Source of the DNA: Felis catus
Lineage: Eukaryota
NCBI RefSeq assembly: GCF_018350175.1
Contig: NC_058370.1
Span: forward strand, 6,634,001-6,698,000
Direction: 5' to 3'
DNA: 64,000 nt
Position 1 is the stretch's first letter; every line of letters starts with the position of its first letter. Shown one piece after another: positions 35,806 to 47,374 of the stretch. The position numbers were made by a program, and so were the translations under genes. The notes below the pieces were generated by a model. The model had not been told where the DNA came from. It searched no databases and saw only the letters and a program-made list of their open reading frames with translations.

Positions 35806-37346
35806 TTTTAATATGAAATTTATTGTCAAATTGGTTTCCATACAACACCCAGTGCTCATCCCAATAGGCGCCCTCCTCAATGCCCATCACCCTCCCACCC
35901 ACCCATCCCTCCCACCCCCCATCAACTCTCAGTTTATTCTCAGTTTTTAAGAGTCTCTTATGGTTTGGCTCCCTCCCTCTCTTTTTTCTTTTTTTTCTTC
36001 TCCCCCCCCCCCATGGTCTTCTGTTAACTTTCTCGGGATCCACATAAGAGTGAAAACATATGGTATCTGTCTTTCTCTGTATGGCTTATTTCACTTAGCA
36101 TAACACTCTCCAGTTCCATCCACATTACTGCAAATGGCCAGATTTCATTCTTTCTCATTGCCATGTAGTATTCCGTTGTGTATATAAACCACAACTTCTT
36201 TATCCATTCGCCAGTTGATGGACATTTAGTCTCTTTCCATACTTTGGCTATTGTTGAAAGTGCTGCTATAAACATTGGGGTACAAGTGCCCCTGTGCATC
36301 AGCACTCCTGTATCCCTTGGGTAAATTCCTAGCAGTGCTATGTCTGNNNNNNNNNNNNNNNNNNNNNNNNNNNNNNNNNNNNNNNNNNNNNNNNNNNNNN
36401 NNNNNNNNNNNNNNNNNNNNNNNNNNNNNNNNNNNNNNNNNNNNNNNNNNNNNNNNNNNNNNNNNNNNNNNNNNNNNNNNNNNNNNNNNNNNTTCATTTT
36501 AGCCACTCTGACTGGCATGAGGTGATATCTCAGTGTGGTTTTGATTTTTATGTCCCTGATGAGGAGTGATGTTGAGCATCTTTTCATGTGCCTGTTGGCC
36601 ATCTGGATGTCTTCTTTAGGGAAGTGTCCATTCATGTCTTCTGCCCATTTCTTTACTGGATTATTTGTTTTTTGGGTGTGGAGTTTGGTGAGTTCTTTAT
36701 AGATTTTGGATATGAGCCCTTTGTCCGATATGTCATTTGCAAATATCTTTTCCCATTCCATCGGTTGCCTTTTTGTTTTGATTGTTTCCTTTGCAGTACA
36801 GAAGCTTTTTATCTTCATGAGGTCCTAATAGTTCATTTTTGCTTTTAATTCCCTTGCCTTGGGAGATGTGTCAAATAAGAAATTGCTGCAGCTGAGTTTA
36901 GAGAGATTTTTTTCCTGCTTTCTCTTCTAGGTTTTGANNNNNNNNNNNNNNNNNNNNNNNNNNNNNNNNNNNNNNNNNNNNNNNNNNNNNNNNNNNNNNN
37001 NNNNNNNNNNNNNNNNNNNNNNNNNNNNNNNNNNNNNNNNNNNNNNNNNNNNNNNNNNNNNNNNNNNNNNNNNNNNNNNNNNNNNNNNNNNNNNNNNNNN
37101 NNNNNNNNNNNNNNNNNNNNNNNNNNNNNNNNNNNNNNNNNNNNNNNNNNNNNNNNNNNNNNNNNNNNNNNNNNNNNNNNNNNNNNNNNNNNNNNNNNNN
37201 NNNNNNNNNNNNNCAGCTTTGTAGTAGAGGATAAGGTCTGGGATTGTGATGCCTCCCGCTTTGGTCTTCTTTGTCAATATTACTTTGGCTATTTGGGGTC
37301 TTTTGTGGTTCCATAAAAATTTTAGGATTGCTTGTTCTAGCTTTGA
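35806..37346 (-). mobile_element. 5'-truncated young feline L1 (ORF2 C-terminal part and 3' UTR) with assembly gaps
   Basis: ORFs 36024-36818 ([48 protein letters not shown]) and 36927-37277 ([13 protein letters not shown]) are L1 ORF2; 3' UTR and AATAAA intact. Confidence 0.96.
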
Positions 37347-37488
37347 NNNNNNNNNNNNNNNNNNNNNNNNNNNNNNNNNNNNNNNNNNNNNNNNNNNNNN
37401 NNNNNNNNNNNNNNNNNNNNNNNNNNNNNNNNNNNNNNNNNNNNNNNNNNNNNNNNNNNNNNNNNNNNNNNNNNNNNNNNNNNNNNNN

Positions 37489-37641
37489 TTTTGCGAGAGA
37501 GAGAGAGGGAGTGTGAGGGGGTCAGAGGATCCGAAGCGGGCTCTGTGCCGACAGCAGCAAACCCAATGTGGAGCTTGAACCCTCGTACCATGAGATCATG
37601 ACCTGAGCCAAAGTCGGGTGCTCAACTGACTCAGGTACCCC
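37489..37641 (-). mobile_element. CanSINE body (Fc3-like) whose tail lies at about 35764-35805, split by the L1
   Basis: TSD tgt(g/a)aggtcaacttatta at 35746-35763 and 37642-37659 brackets tail, L1 and body. Confidence 0.85.
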
Positions 37642-37863
37642 TGTAAGGTCAACTTATTAAGGTCAGTTATCTAATTTGGGGATGTGGAAGGTTAAATTCT
37701 CTATCCACCTGATAAATCAAGTGAACATAATATTTGTTAAAGAAAACACAGTTGGAAAAAGGGAATGCGAAGGCTTAGAACATGTATTAGCTCACGGACT
37801 GCCAATCAGGAAAAACTGTAAGTGAATTTTACTTTGATGGAAGACATGTATTTTAAAGATGTC

Positions 37864-38076
37864 AGGGGTGCCTGGGCGGCTCAGTGGTTTAAGGGTCTGA
37901 CTTCGGCTCAGGTCATGATCTCACGGTTTGTGAGTTCTAGCCCCGTGTCAGGCTCTGTGCTGACAGCTCGGAGCCTGGAGCCTGCTTCCGATTCCGTGTC
38001 TCCCTCTCTCTTGGCCCCTCCCCTGCTTGTGTCTGTCTCTCTCTGTCTCTCAGAAATAAATAAATGTAAAAAAAAA
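37864..38076 (+). mobile_element. CanSINE, SINEC_Fc2-like
   Basis: TSD ttttaaagat(g/a)tca. Confidence 0.94.
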
Positions 38077-38612
38077 TTTTAAAGATATCATCCCCCCATG
38101 TACACATTGATTTAAAAATAGAAAAGAAACACAGTGGACTTTCTTTCCTTCTTAATTTTCCAAATGATAATGGCCGTTTTATCCTGATCACAAAAAAGAC
38201 CCATGGCAGACCCATGGCTATTACAAAATTTCAAATAATGTAGTACAACAGGACCTTTAGAAAACGTGCCCTGAAATACGAATGCTGATATAACCCGATG
38301 GCCGAGTGACTCTCTTCTACTTGATTGCCAAGTGGGGTTAGAGCTAAAGAGCTTGACTTTTTCAGAGGAGGAGGGAGGCGTGGATGGGGTGGGCAAGTCT
38401 GGAAAAGGCAGTGTGACCCCATCTCTATGCCAGGAAGCAGGGAGGCAGAGGGAGGGGCCCGCTGTGCCTGGACTTTTCCTGGCTCTGTTTTCCTGGACCA
38501 GGCTGGGGAAGTGCGTGCCAGCTAAGAGCGAGATTCCTAATTCCTGGCAGTTAGAGCGGACTCCGAAGCCCCGCATCATCCCTGGAGTTAGTTCAACCAG
38601 AGCAGGCCCCTG

Positions 38613-38626
38613 CCACCAGGTGGCGC
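38613..38626 (+). promoter_or_regulatory. CTCF binding motif
   Basis: CCACCAGGTGGCGC, exact match to the core consensus, in non-repeat CpG-retaining sequence. Confidence 0.65.
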
Positions 38627-39121
38627 CGCGAGGCAGCCAGGATGGGGGGTGGGGTTGCGGTGGGAAGCTCTCCTGGGAGGACTGCGTTCTCCTTGTAACA
38701 ACTCCAGCCCACCTTTGGTGTAGCTACGTTTTGGGATCCCACTCATCACATCATGGCCAGGGTTTACTGTAATCAGAGAACACCGCCTGACGTGGCATCC
38801 CCCAGTTCAGCCACCCCACATTGATTCATTATTCCAGAAGTGTCTCTGAGCCTGGAAGGAATAAACAAACCAGAGTTGTTAGCTCTGGAATGAAGAGGAT
38901 TGGGGAGCCGGGGTGGGTCGGGAGCTGCCGGGAGATGTGATGATGCGCATTTATTGGGGAGGGAGCAGTGGTTTCAGTAAGGGGCCTGGCTGTGTGATGT
39001 GAAGCAGATCCCCTTCCCTGGAGCTTGTGGGCTCCCTGGGGATACAGGACGCATGTAAAAAACGTGCATTGTTGTAGGGTTTACCATTTTGCTGTTGAGA
39101 ATGTCAGGGAAGGCGTGGTTC

Positions 39122-39340
39122 TTTTTTTTTTTTTTTAATGTATGTTTAGTTTTGAGAGACAGACTCAGAGTGCAAGTGGAGGGGAGGGGCAGAGAGAGAG
39201 GGAGGCACAGAATCCCAAGCAGGCTCCAGGATCCGAGCTATCAGCACAGAGCCCAACGTGGGGCTCGGACTCACGGACCGTGAGATCGTGACCTGAGCCG
39301 AAGTCGGATGCGTAACCGACTGAGCCCCCCAGGTGCTCCC
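39122..39340 (-). mobile_element. CanSINE, SINEC_Fc2-like
   Basis: T-tract and full body. Confidence 0.92.
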
Positions 39341-40234
39341 CCTATCCCTCCCACTGTCTGATATTTCTTAGAAGTGCTTTGTTTCCCCATCCTTAGGCCA
39401 CAGGATTTGTTTTCTAGACCTCAGCTAATGACCACCAGTGAGGAGAAATTGCCGACATATTTCTGTTCTGTTGCGCGATCTCCTTGGATGCTAATCGTTA
39501 TCTTAGCAAACCTGTTTCTTCCTCCTCCAAGTGGAAGAGGCCAGTAGCACCCGCCTCTTAGGGCCGTTCTGAGGCTGAAACACGAGCACGCGTGTGAAGC
39601 ACCTGATGCGGTGCCTGCAGCCAGGGGTTCAATGGTCTTGGCTCTTGACCTTCTGTCCATCTTCAGAACAGGCTGCGGCCATCTCTGGTGCCTCGGATGC
39701 CGTCCTCTTGACTCACGTCCACCGGCACCTGTTGGACCCCACCTGGCTGTGTTTTCACCAGAAGATGTCTTCTCCGTGGAGTTTGCTTCCTTCCGTCTCT
39801 AAGCAATCTCTTCCTCCTTTGGGACTTAATCTCTCTATTGCCCTGTTGGTCTGATGCAGCTTTAACAAGCAGATACCAGAGGCTGTGTGGATTGGAATGA
39901 ATGAATGAATGAACGAACGAACGAATGAATTTATCGGAAGTAGAGTTGGCACTCAGGGCTGCGTCAGTTTTGAGTGTACGACATAGCGTTTCGACGACTC
40001 TACACGGTACGCTGTGCTCACAAGCGTGACTGCCATCTGTCACCATACAGCGCTGTTGTGATACCACTGACTATAGTCCCTGCTGTACCTTTGTCCCCCT
40101 GACGTATTCATCCCATAGCTGGAAGCCTGTGCCTCCCGCTGCCCCTCACCCACTTTCCCCCAGCGCCCCCACTCTGGCAACCGCCAGTGCGTTCTCTGTA
40201 TTTATGGGTCTGTTGTTTTTTTGTTTGTTTTTTT

Positions 40235-40437
40235 ATTTTTAAATTTTTGTTTATTTTTTTAGTTTATTTTTTGAGAGCGAGCGCGGGGGAGAGGGGCAGA
40301 TGGAGACAGAGACAATCTTAAGCAGTTTCCATGCTCAGCACAGAGCCCGACATGGGGCTCGATCCCATGACCCTGGGATTATGACCTGAGCCGAAATCAA
40401 GAGTCGGAGGCTCAACTGACTGAGCCACCCAGGCGCT
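40235..40437 (-). mobile_element. CanSINE, Fc3-like
   Basis: 'gagccgaaatcaagagtcgga..ctcaactgactgagccacccaggcgc'. Confidence 0.9.
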
Positions 40438-40606
40438 TCTCATATTTTTTGCTTTGTTTTGTTTTTTAGATTCCACATATAAGTGAAATCATATGGTATT
40501 TGTTTCTCTCTGACTTATTTCACTTAGAATACTGTAGAGGTCCATCCATATCACAAATGCTGAGATCTTTTTCTTTCTTATTGCTGAGTAATAATCCATT
40601 GTATGA

Positions 40607-40653
40607 ACACACACACACACACTCACACACACACACACACACACACACACCAC
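40607..40653. repeat. (CA)n microsatellite
   Basis: Direct inspection. Confidence 0.95.
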
Positions 40654-40764
40654 ATCCTCTTTATCCATTCATCCATCCGTGGACACTTACGTTGCTTCCA
40701 TATCTCGGCTGTTGTAAATAATGCCGCATATATTCTTTTGAATTAGTGTTGTCTTTTCTTTGGG

Positions 40765-41090
40765 TACAACTGGAATTTATTTCTCACAGTTCTTGAGGCT
40801 GGAAGTCCAAGATCAAATGTCGCCGGGTTCGGTTTCTCCTGAGGCCCCTCTGCCTGGTTTGCAGATAGCTGCGTTCTCACAGCGTGCTCACGTGGCCTTT
40901 TCTCTGGGTGCACACACCCCTGAACTCTCTTCCTCTTCTTATTGGGGACACCAGTTCTGTGGGATCAGGGCCCTGGTCCTATGACTTCATTTAACCCGAA
41001 TTATCTCTTTAAGGGCCTGTCTCCAAATACAGTCACATTGGGGGTTAGGCCTTCAAAATATACATTTCGGGGAACACAATCCAGTCTGAA
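40765..41090 (-). mobile_element. MLT1B-like LTR
   Basis: 'aatttatttctcacagttct.gaggctggaagtccaagatcaa..tctccaaatacagtcacattgggggttagg.cttcaa'. Confidence 0.88.
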
Positions 41091-41171
41091 ATAAACCCTC
41101 ACTTGACACTTAATCATATCTTAGCCGGCTTCGCCATCATTTGTGTGCTCATCGCATATGACCAACGTGGT

Positions 41172-41584
41172 TGTGCTAAATCAGATAATTATTTGGCAAA
41201 TGGAATTCCTTCTCTCTTACCTCCATGGGGGGAGTGCGTTTCCCTGCCCTTGACTTTGGTTTTGGCTGTGTGACCTGCTTTCGCAAACCGGAAGTTAGCA
41301 GATGTGAGCAGGATCTTGAAGTGCGCTTCTGGGGTCAGCGTTGCCCTCTTCAGCCGCTGTATTTCTTCTGTGTGAGCGGCACATGCTTCAGTAGCGACCT
41401 GCCCGAGGAGGATGAGAAACACTGTAGGGGCCTGGGTCCAGCCTGCATCCTGAAGCCAGGCCCAGCTCCACTGCAGCTAACCTGCGGACACGTGTGCAAG
41501 AAATAAATGCCTGTTGGTGAATGCCCCTGAGTTTTGAGAGTGGTTTGTTATGTAACATTGTTAGAGTAAGGGCGGACTGATACA
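41172..41584 (+). mobile_element. MaLR LTR (MLT1F/G/H-like)
   Basis: 'tttccctgcccttgactttgg..tggc.gtgtgac.tgcttt..aaataaatgc.tgttg..ctgagtttt..gtggtttgttatg..ctgataca'. Confidence 0.8.
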
Positions 41585-41611
41585 CCAGTAAGGATTTACT
41601 GAATTCTTAAA

Positions 41612-41836
41612 CATTTTTTATTTATTTACTTACTTATTTACGTATTTTGAGGGAGACAGAGAACACAAGCAGGGAAGGGACAGAGAGAGAGAGGGAGAGA
41701 GAGAAAGAATCCCAAGCAGGCTGCAAGCTCTCGGCATGGAGCCTGGTGAGGGGCTCGAACCCACAAACCGTGAGATTGTGACCCAAGCTGAAACCAGGAA
41801 TCAGACGTTTAACCAACTGAGCCACCCAGGTGCCCC
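41612..41836 (-). mobile_element. CanSINE, Fc3-like, inserted in a MIR (about 41585-42060)
   Basis: TSD aggattta(c/g)tgaattctta; MIR core 'ccccattt.acagatggggaaactgag' at about 41940. Confidence 0.9.
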
Positions 41837-43099
41837 AGGATTTAGTGAATTCTTACCATATTCCAGGACCTGAACAGTTTATATGACATTATCTCATTTC
41901 ATTGCTGTAAGACTCCTATGATACAGATAGGTGTATTTCCCCATTTAACAGATGGGGAAACTGAGAGCCCATCAGGTTTTACGCGGGGCCGCGCGGCCAG
42001 CCAGGAGCAGAGCCAGCATCGGAACCCAGGCCAGTCCGGCGCCTGTATGACAGGAGCCTGTGCTGTGCACTTCAGGACAGAAGCTGCCCCTTTTTTTTTC
42101 AAAGCTGGGACTGGATTTCCTGGTTTCTGACTTCTGCTTTGGTGATGTTCTCTATCCCACAGGAAAGCTGTTGTTTGTAGCAGTTTCCCGAACGACCGTG
42201 GGCCAGGGAATGTGGCTCCAGGAGCTCTTTGTTAATGGTCTGGACCAAGCTCCACGGGCTCGCTTTCTCTCTGAGACACGCAGCAGAGGGAGGGACGCAT
42301 CCTGCCAGCATATTGTGTATCCGCTTGTGAAAGCCCCTTGGATCCGTGGAATGAATTTCCCAAACCTCTCACCCTGTGCAGTTTCCCACAACCGTCCCAG
42401 ACGTGGCTTTTGTGTCTCACCTGCCCCTGCAGACGACATAGCACGTCTTCATCTTTGCCTCCCCGGCTCCACTCCTGCTGCTTTTCGGTCTCTTTCTACC
42501 TGTTTGCTGATTCTTGGTTTGGGGGCAGACGGTTGAATCAATTAATGGAGGATTTGCAGAATCACAGGGCAGTTATTAAAGGATGGTGTAATTAACTTCT
42601 TCAGACTAATTGAAAATGTTCATTTAGAAGGAGCAGCCAAGTGCCTCCGTGCCTAAACGGCTTTCTCACATGAAACAGCCCTCTTGAAAAGGTTCTTTAA
42701 TGTGTATCCATAAACCAGAGACCTCTAGGCTGCCGCAAAACTTTGGGAAAGGAATCGACTCAATTCTCTCTCTCCCCCTGCCTCCCCGCCACTCTTAGAC
42801 TAATCCTCATGGTTATACAGCTTCCTACACTCACTCCATTCTACACCGCTGCTCGGTCACAGAGCAAGGTCGGGGAAAATGGGCCAGAGGCAGGAGCCAA
42901 GCCAGCCAGCATCGGAGGCGTGCCTTTTGATCAGGAGAGCGAGGAAAAGGGAACCAGAGAGTGGGCCCCGGGACTCTGCTTTGTCTGGCGTCTCGTGCTG
43001 CTGCTCCTGGTGCTGGCAGTGCCTTGACGTCCCTTTGGGGGGCCCGCGCCTCGCACTCTCTGTCTAGGCCCTCCGGGCGCCGCTCCCCCATCCCCGTGC

Positions 43100-43550
43100 T
43101 CCAGGGACGCTCACATGACAGGTGTGTCCAATCACAGGGCGGTGCTTCCTCGTCACCGGAAGTGATGGATGCCGGCGCTAGCACGTGACAGGGGCTAGCA
43201 CGTGACCCCCCGAGATGGGCCCCGAAGCCCAGTCAGGTCTCCTGCTGGAACTGTAGACACCAGAGAGATGCTCAGTTTCTCCGTCCCCCTGCTGCTGTGT
43301 TGTCTAGACTTCTTGGTGCCCATGTTGTTATCGGGAAGGAGAAGCATACCTGAGGATGAAGTCGACACCTAGGAAGCAGGGTCAAGGAGGAGATGTCACA
43401 GGAGACATTTGAGAGCCTGGATCCTTCCGTGCCTGAATTAGTCTCTACCTCTGAATTTTCTAGTTGTATGTGCCAACATATTCATGGGCTTTCTTTTTCC
43501 TCTTAACTCACAGTGGGTTGGGCTCTGCCCTTTCCAACCCAAGAAACTGT
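43100..43550 (+). mobile_element. Old MaLR LTR (MLT1K-like)
   Basis: 'cacatgac..ccaatca..agtgatgg..gcacgtgaccc..cctgag.atgaag.c.acac..tttgag.cctggatcc..gtgcctgaa..caacccaaga'. Confidence 0.6.
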
Positions 43551-43555
43551 CTGAG

Positions 43556-43761
43556 TGGCACCTGGGTGGCTCAGCTGGTTAAGTGTCCAACTTTAGCTCG
43601 GGGTCACGATCTCATGGTTCATGAGTTCAAGCCCCTCGTCAGGCTCTGTGCTGACAGCTCGGAGCCCGGAGTCCGATTCGGATTCTGTGTCTCCCTCTCT
43701 CTCTGCCCCTCCCCCGCTCATGCTCTTCCTCTCTCGCAAAAATAAATAAATATTGAAAAAA
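43556..43761 (+). mobile_element. CanSINE, SINEC_Fc2-like
   Basis: Full body and A-tail. Confidence 0.92.
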
Positions 43762-44899
43762 AGAGAGACTAATTCAGCAATTATATAATAAAGTGTCGAC
43801 TTGGGGTGACACCAGCAGCCTTTCCTGAGCTGCAGTGCCCCCACATGTAAAGCGGGAATAGTTACCGATTGTGTTTCATAATGAGGTGGTGAGAGTTCAT
43901 GGACTCATGTTTAGGGAGTGCTTAACTCGATGTTGGCATTGGTGAGGCGCTAAACATGTGGGTTATTACCGTCACGGGCGGGCTTTGCACTAACTACCGT
44001 ATTTAATGGAGATTCGGGACCGAAGAAGTGATTCGACCACAGGTGATCTCAGCTCATCAGTGTGAGGAGTTTTTAGTAAGGAGAGAGATCTATCACTGTG
44101 CCTCCCTTGCCCCATTCGCATGTTCAAACTTGTAGGAAGGAAATCCGTTGGGGTTTCGTGGAGAAAATAATACCAACGGATGCTTGTCATGAGCCGGCGT
44201 TGTGCACAGAGTTTCAGACTCTTTTCCCAGAGCCAGCCCTTTGGAGCTGTTAGTGCAGATGGCTTCCGGTTCCACCAGAGGGCACAGGATGCAGTGAGAA
44301 GATTCCAGTGGGTGGCCCCAGGGATTCTGGAGGCTAGGAGCACTCTGGTGATGGAAGAAACGATGTCTGACAGTTAAGACGGCAGGGGAGCCGTCGACAG
44401 CCTAATTCCTGCAGGCAAACTTGGAACTTCAGCAGAATTGGTAAAGATCTTTGTTTAATCCTTACAAGGACCGCGAGTGGTACACAGGATTATTTTCTCC
44501 ATTTTGCACACAGAGGAAAACTGCTGGGAGGGACCGTGTCCCTTTCTGCAGGTGGCGCCTAGTACGAGAGAGGACTCTGGGATTTGAACCGAGCTCTCTT
44601 GATAGCTGAAACACTGGGCCACAGGAGCTCCCTCCTGGAAGGGAAACTCTGGGCCCCCAGCGGATGCCCCCTAGCCATCTTTCCTTCTAAATAAGCCTGC
44701 TTCCCTCTGCCAGGACATGCATAAGCCTGTTCTTGTGAGGAAGCAACAGAAGGTTCTAGGTGGTTTTGCTGTAGCCAGCTCACAGTGGCCAACAACTGTG
44801 AGCTCGTAAATATTTGTTACATGAGTAACTGATGAAAGGTACCTTCCAATCTGAGAAACACTGTGTCCCTGTGCACAGGTCCTAGACGTAATTGAACAA

Positions 44900-45130
44900 T
44901 AGTGTCTAAATTCATGGGCTCTGGAGCCAGGCCGCCTGGATTCCAATCTGAACTTCTGCATTTATACCCGGCAGGACTTTGTCCCGATTACTCGACCTTT
45001 CTCAGCCTCAGTTTCCTCACGTGGGACGCAAGATCCCCAAAACACGTGTGTCTGTAGAGGGTCACCGTGGGCATGAATGAAATAACGCATCGTGTCTGGC
45101 ACGTGGCAGATATTCAGCGTCCGTGCTCAC
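44900..45130 (+). mobile_element. MIR
   Basis: 'tgggctctggagccag.c.gcctgg.ttc.aatc..ctcagcctcagtttcctca..gtctggcacgtgg'. Confidence 0.7.
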
Positions 45131-45839
45131 CGTGGTCACTGCTGCCTTTCCTATGCCCCATGCGGCACGTCCCCCGTCATAGCGTCCCCTCGCTTACCCT
45201 CCTTATCCTCATCCCGTTCTCTCAGACACGCAGGGGGATAGCAATTTAATTTTGAAATTAGCATTTATCTTTGCCTCTCTACCTGGTCTCTGTGTTATTA
45301 GAGCGACTGTTTGGTATTTATCGGAAAAAGCTCTTTGGTTAATAATATGCTATTGGATTGCTGGGGCGCGTCGATTGTGAGGCAGCGGGAAAACAGCACT
45401 GAGTAAAGTAAACACAGCCATAACCTTTTCTTCTCGCTGCCTCTCGTGCCGTCTGAAAGGAGCACCCGGCTTCTCCTTTTCCGTAGCAAACTCATAAATG
45501 GAAGGAGCATGTAATAAATATCATGAAGCTGATGGATTTCCAGGGAGCTTGAGAAAGCAAGAGGGAGGCTGCCGGGAAAGCCAGAGCAGTGCGAGTGAGT
45601 GAGTGAGCCTCGAAACTGGGACCCGTCCCTCTTCGCGGCCAAGGGGGTGGGGGCGCGCACCCAGGGGAAGAAGGTCAGGCTCTACGTTCCCAGAATGGCT
45701 GGGGAGGCTTTTCCACCTGGGGAAAGGCTGTCTTGCCATAGCGGAGGGAGTCTATCAAATCCACAAGTGCTGGGTTCTGTGGTCCATTTCACCTGCTGGG
45801 GCTGATGAAATTTACAGCGGACAGAAGGCTTCAGAAGGG

Positions 45840-46200
45840 TCCGTGGTGTGGCGAAAAGAGCCCTGGGTCAGAACGGGTGGGCCCTGTGGTCCTGTATTTG
45901 CCACAGACCCTCTGCGGGGTCTGGAAGGAGTCTGAGTTTTCTCTGACCTCAGTTTCCCTTTCTGTAAGATGAGGAGCTTGGATTAGTTCCCAAAAGTGAT
46001 AGATGACATTTGTCGAGTGCTTAGCTCGTCTGTCCCAGGCATGATTTACAACCCTTCATACGTGTGGACTCATTAACTCCCGGGACAATCCGTTTCCCTT
46101 TGCAGACAGGGAAAGCAACACACAAAAGGTAAGAATTGGCCAGAGGTCATTGTTGAGCCGGGAGCTGTACCCATTCCATCTGGCTCCAAACAGTGCAATT
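45840..46200. mobile_element. Two MIR fragments in opposite orientation
   Basis: 'ctctgacctcagtttccctttctgtaagatgagg' and 'tttgcagacagggaa..gtaa..tggccagaggtca'. Confidence 0.6.
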
Positions 46201-46886
46201 CCGACCACTTCACCTTATGCCTTCTCAGTGGACTCCCTGCCTGAACAATGGTGTGAAACGCCCTCCTCATTCCAGGACCAGTGTGAGGACTGAATGCGCA
46301 GTTACACATGGAACACCTGTTTTCCTGGAGATCCAGTCTGGGTGGGTTTACTTTCTCTGCCTCCAGGTGCAGACATGGGACTCGGGCCCAACCCGTGGCA
46401 GTTCTGCACCCCGTGGCTACAGTGATTGGTTGAGAGATGGTCACATCACCCCAGTTAGAAAGTCAAACCAATTCTTAGATCATGATGTAACTACAGTATC
46501 GGGAAAAAGAAGCTCTCCGGCCCCCGGGGGTCCCTTTGGCAAGACGGAAGCCTGTGCTCCTGAGAGCGTCACGTGCAGAGGGTCTGCTTGAGGATAAAGC
46601 AGAAGGGAGGAAAGAGGGCAAAGGAAGTAGTGAGAGAGGGAGAGGGGCCAGGGGAGAGAGACAATGATTCCTGATGGCGTCATGTGGACACTGGTCCGTG
46701 CCTGGACTGATCAGTTATTTGAATGACAAATCCTTTATGCTTAAGATAGTTGACCATCGTTTCTGCTGCTTGACACTGAAAAAAATTGGGTCTTACACAC
46801 GCCACATCACTGAACTTGGCAAAAAAGAGAGAGGTTGTAGATTGGAGATCCAACCTTTGCCACGCATTTGGCCATTGTTTTATTTC

Positions 46887-47095
46887 ATGGTTTCTCACCC
46901 GTGGTACTTGTTGATATGTTGGGCCAGACAGTTCTTTGCTGGTGTGGCCATTTTGGACACTCTTACAGCATTCCTGACCTCTACCCCCTGATGCCACTCC
47001 CCACCCCCACCTCAAGTTATGAAAAGTAAAAATGTTTGCAGGCATTGCCAATGTCTCCCGAGGGACAGACCTCCATCCCCAGATGAGACGCACCG
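46887..47095. mobile_element. MER20
   Basis: 'tggtttctca.c..tggtact.ttgatat.ttgggccagacagttctttg..tgacctctaccc.ct.gatgcca..ggcattgccaa.tgtc'. Confidence 0.8.
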
Positions 47096-47140
47096 GTATA
47101 GATAGACCCAGATCTGGTTTCTCTTAAAATGTATTTCTTG

Positions 47141-47374
47141 CGGGATGCTTGGGTGGCTCAGGTGGTTGAGTGTCCGACTTGGGCTCAGGTCATGATCTTG
47201 AGGTTCATGGTTTTGAGCCCTGCATTGGGCTCTGTGCTGACAGCTCAGAGCCTGGAGGCTGCTTCAGATTCTGTGTGTCCCTCTCTCTCTCTGCTCCCCA
47301 CCCCCCCCCCCCCCATCGCTCTCTCTCTCAAAAATAAATAAATAATTTAAAATATTAATTTTCAATAAAAAAAA
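47141..47374 (+). mobile_element. CanSINE, SINEC_Fc2-like
   Basis: Full body and A-tail. Confidence 0.92.

Larger units (their letters stand above)
39930..40765 (-). mobile_element. Carnivore L1 3' end with a SINE and (CA)n
   Basis: 'gtgctcacaag.gt..ctgccatctgtcacca..ggaagcctgtgcctccc..tctggcaacc..tttagattccacatataagtgaaatcatatggtatttgt..tttatccattcatc'. Confidence 0.85.

Noticed and set aside
36024-36818. 264-aa ORF, the longest in the track
   Set aside because: It is the L1 ORF2 C-terminus of a 5'-truncated element and spans an N-gap; not a host gene
36347-37488. Three N-runs and the X-containing ORFs
   Set aside because: Assembly gaps in a young repeat, not biology
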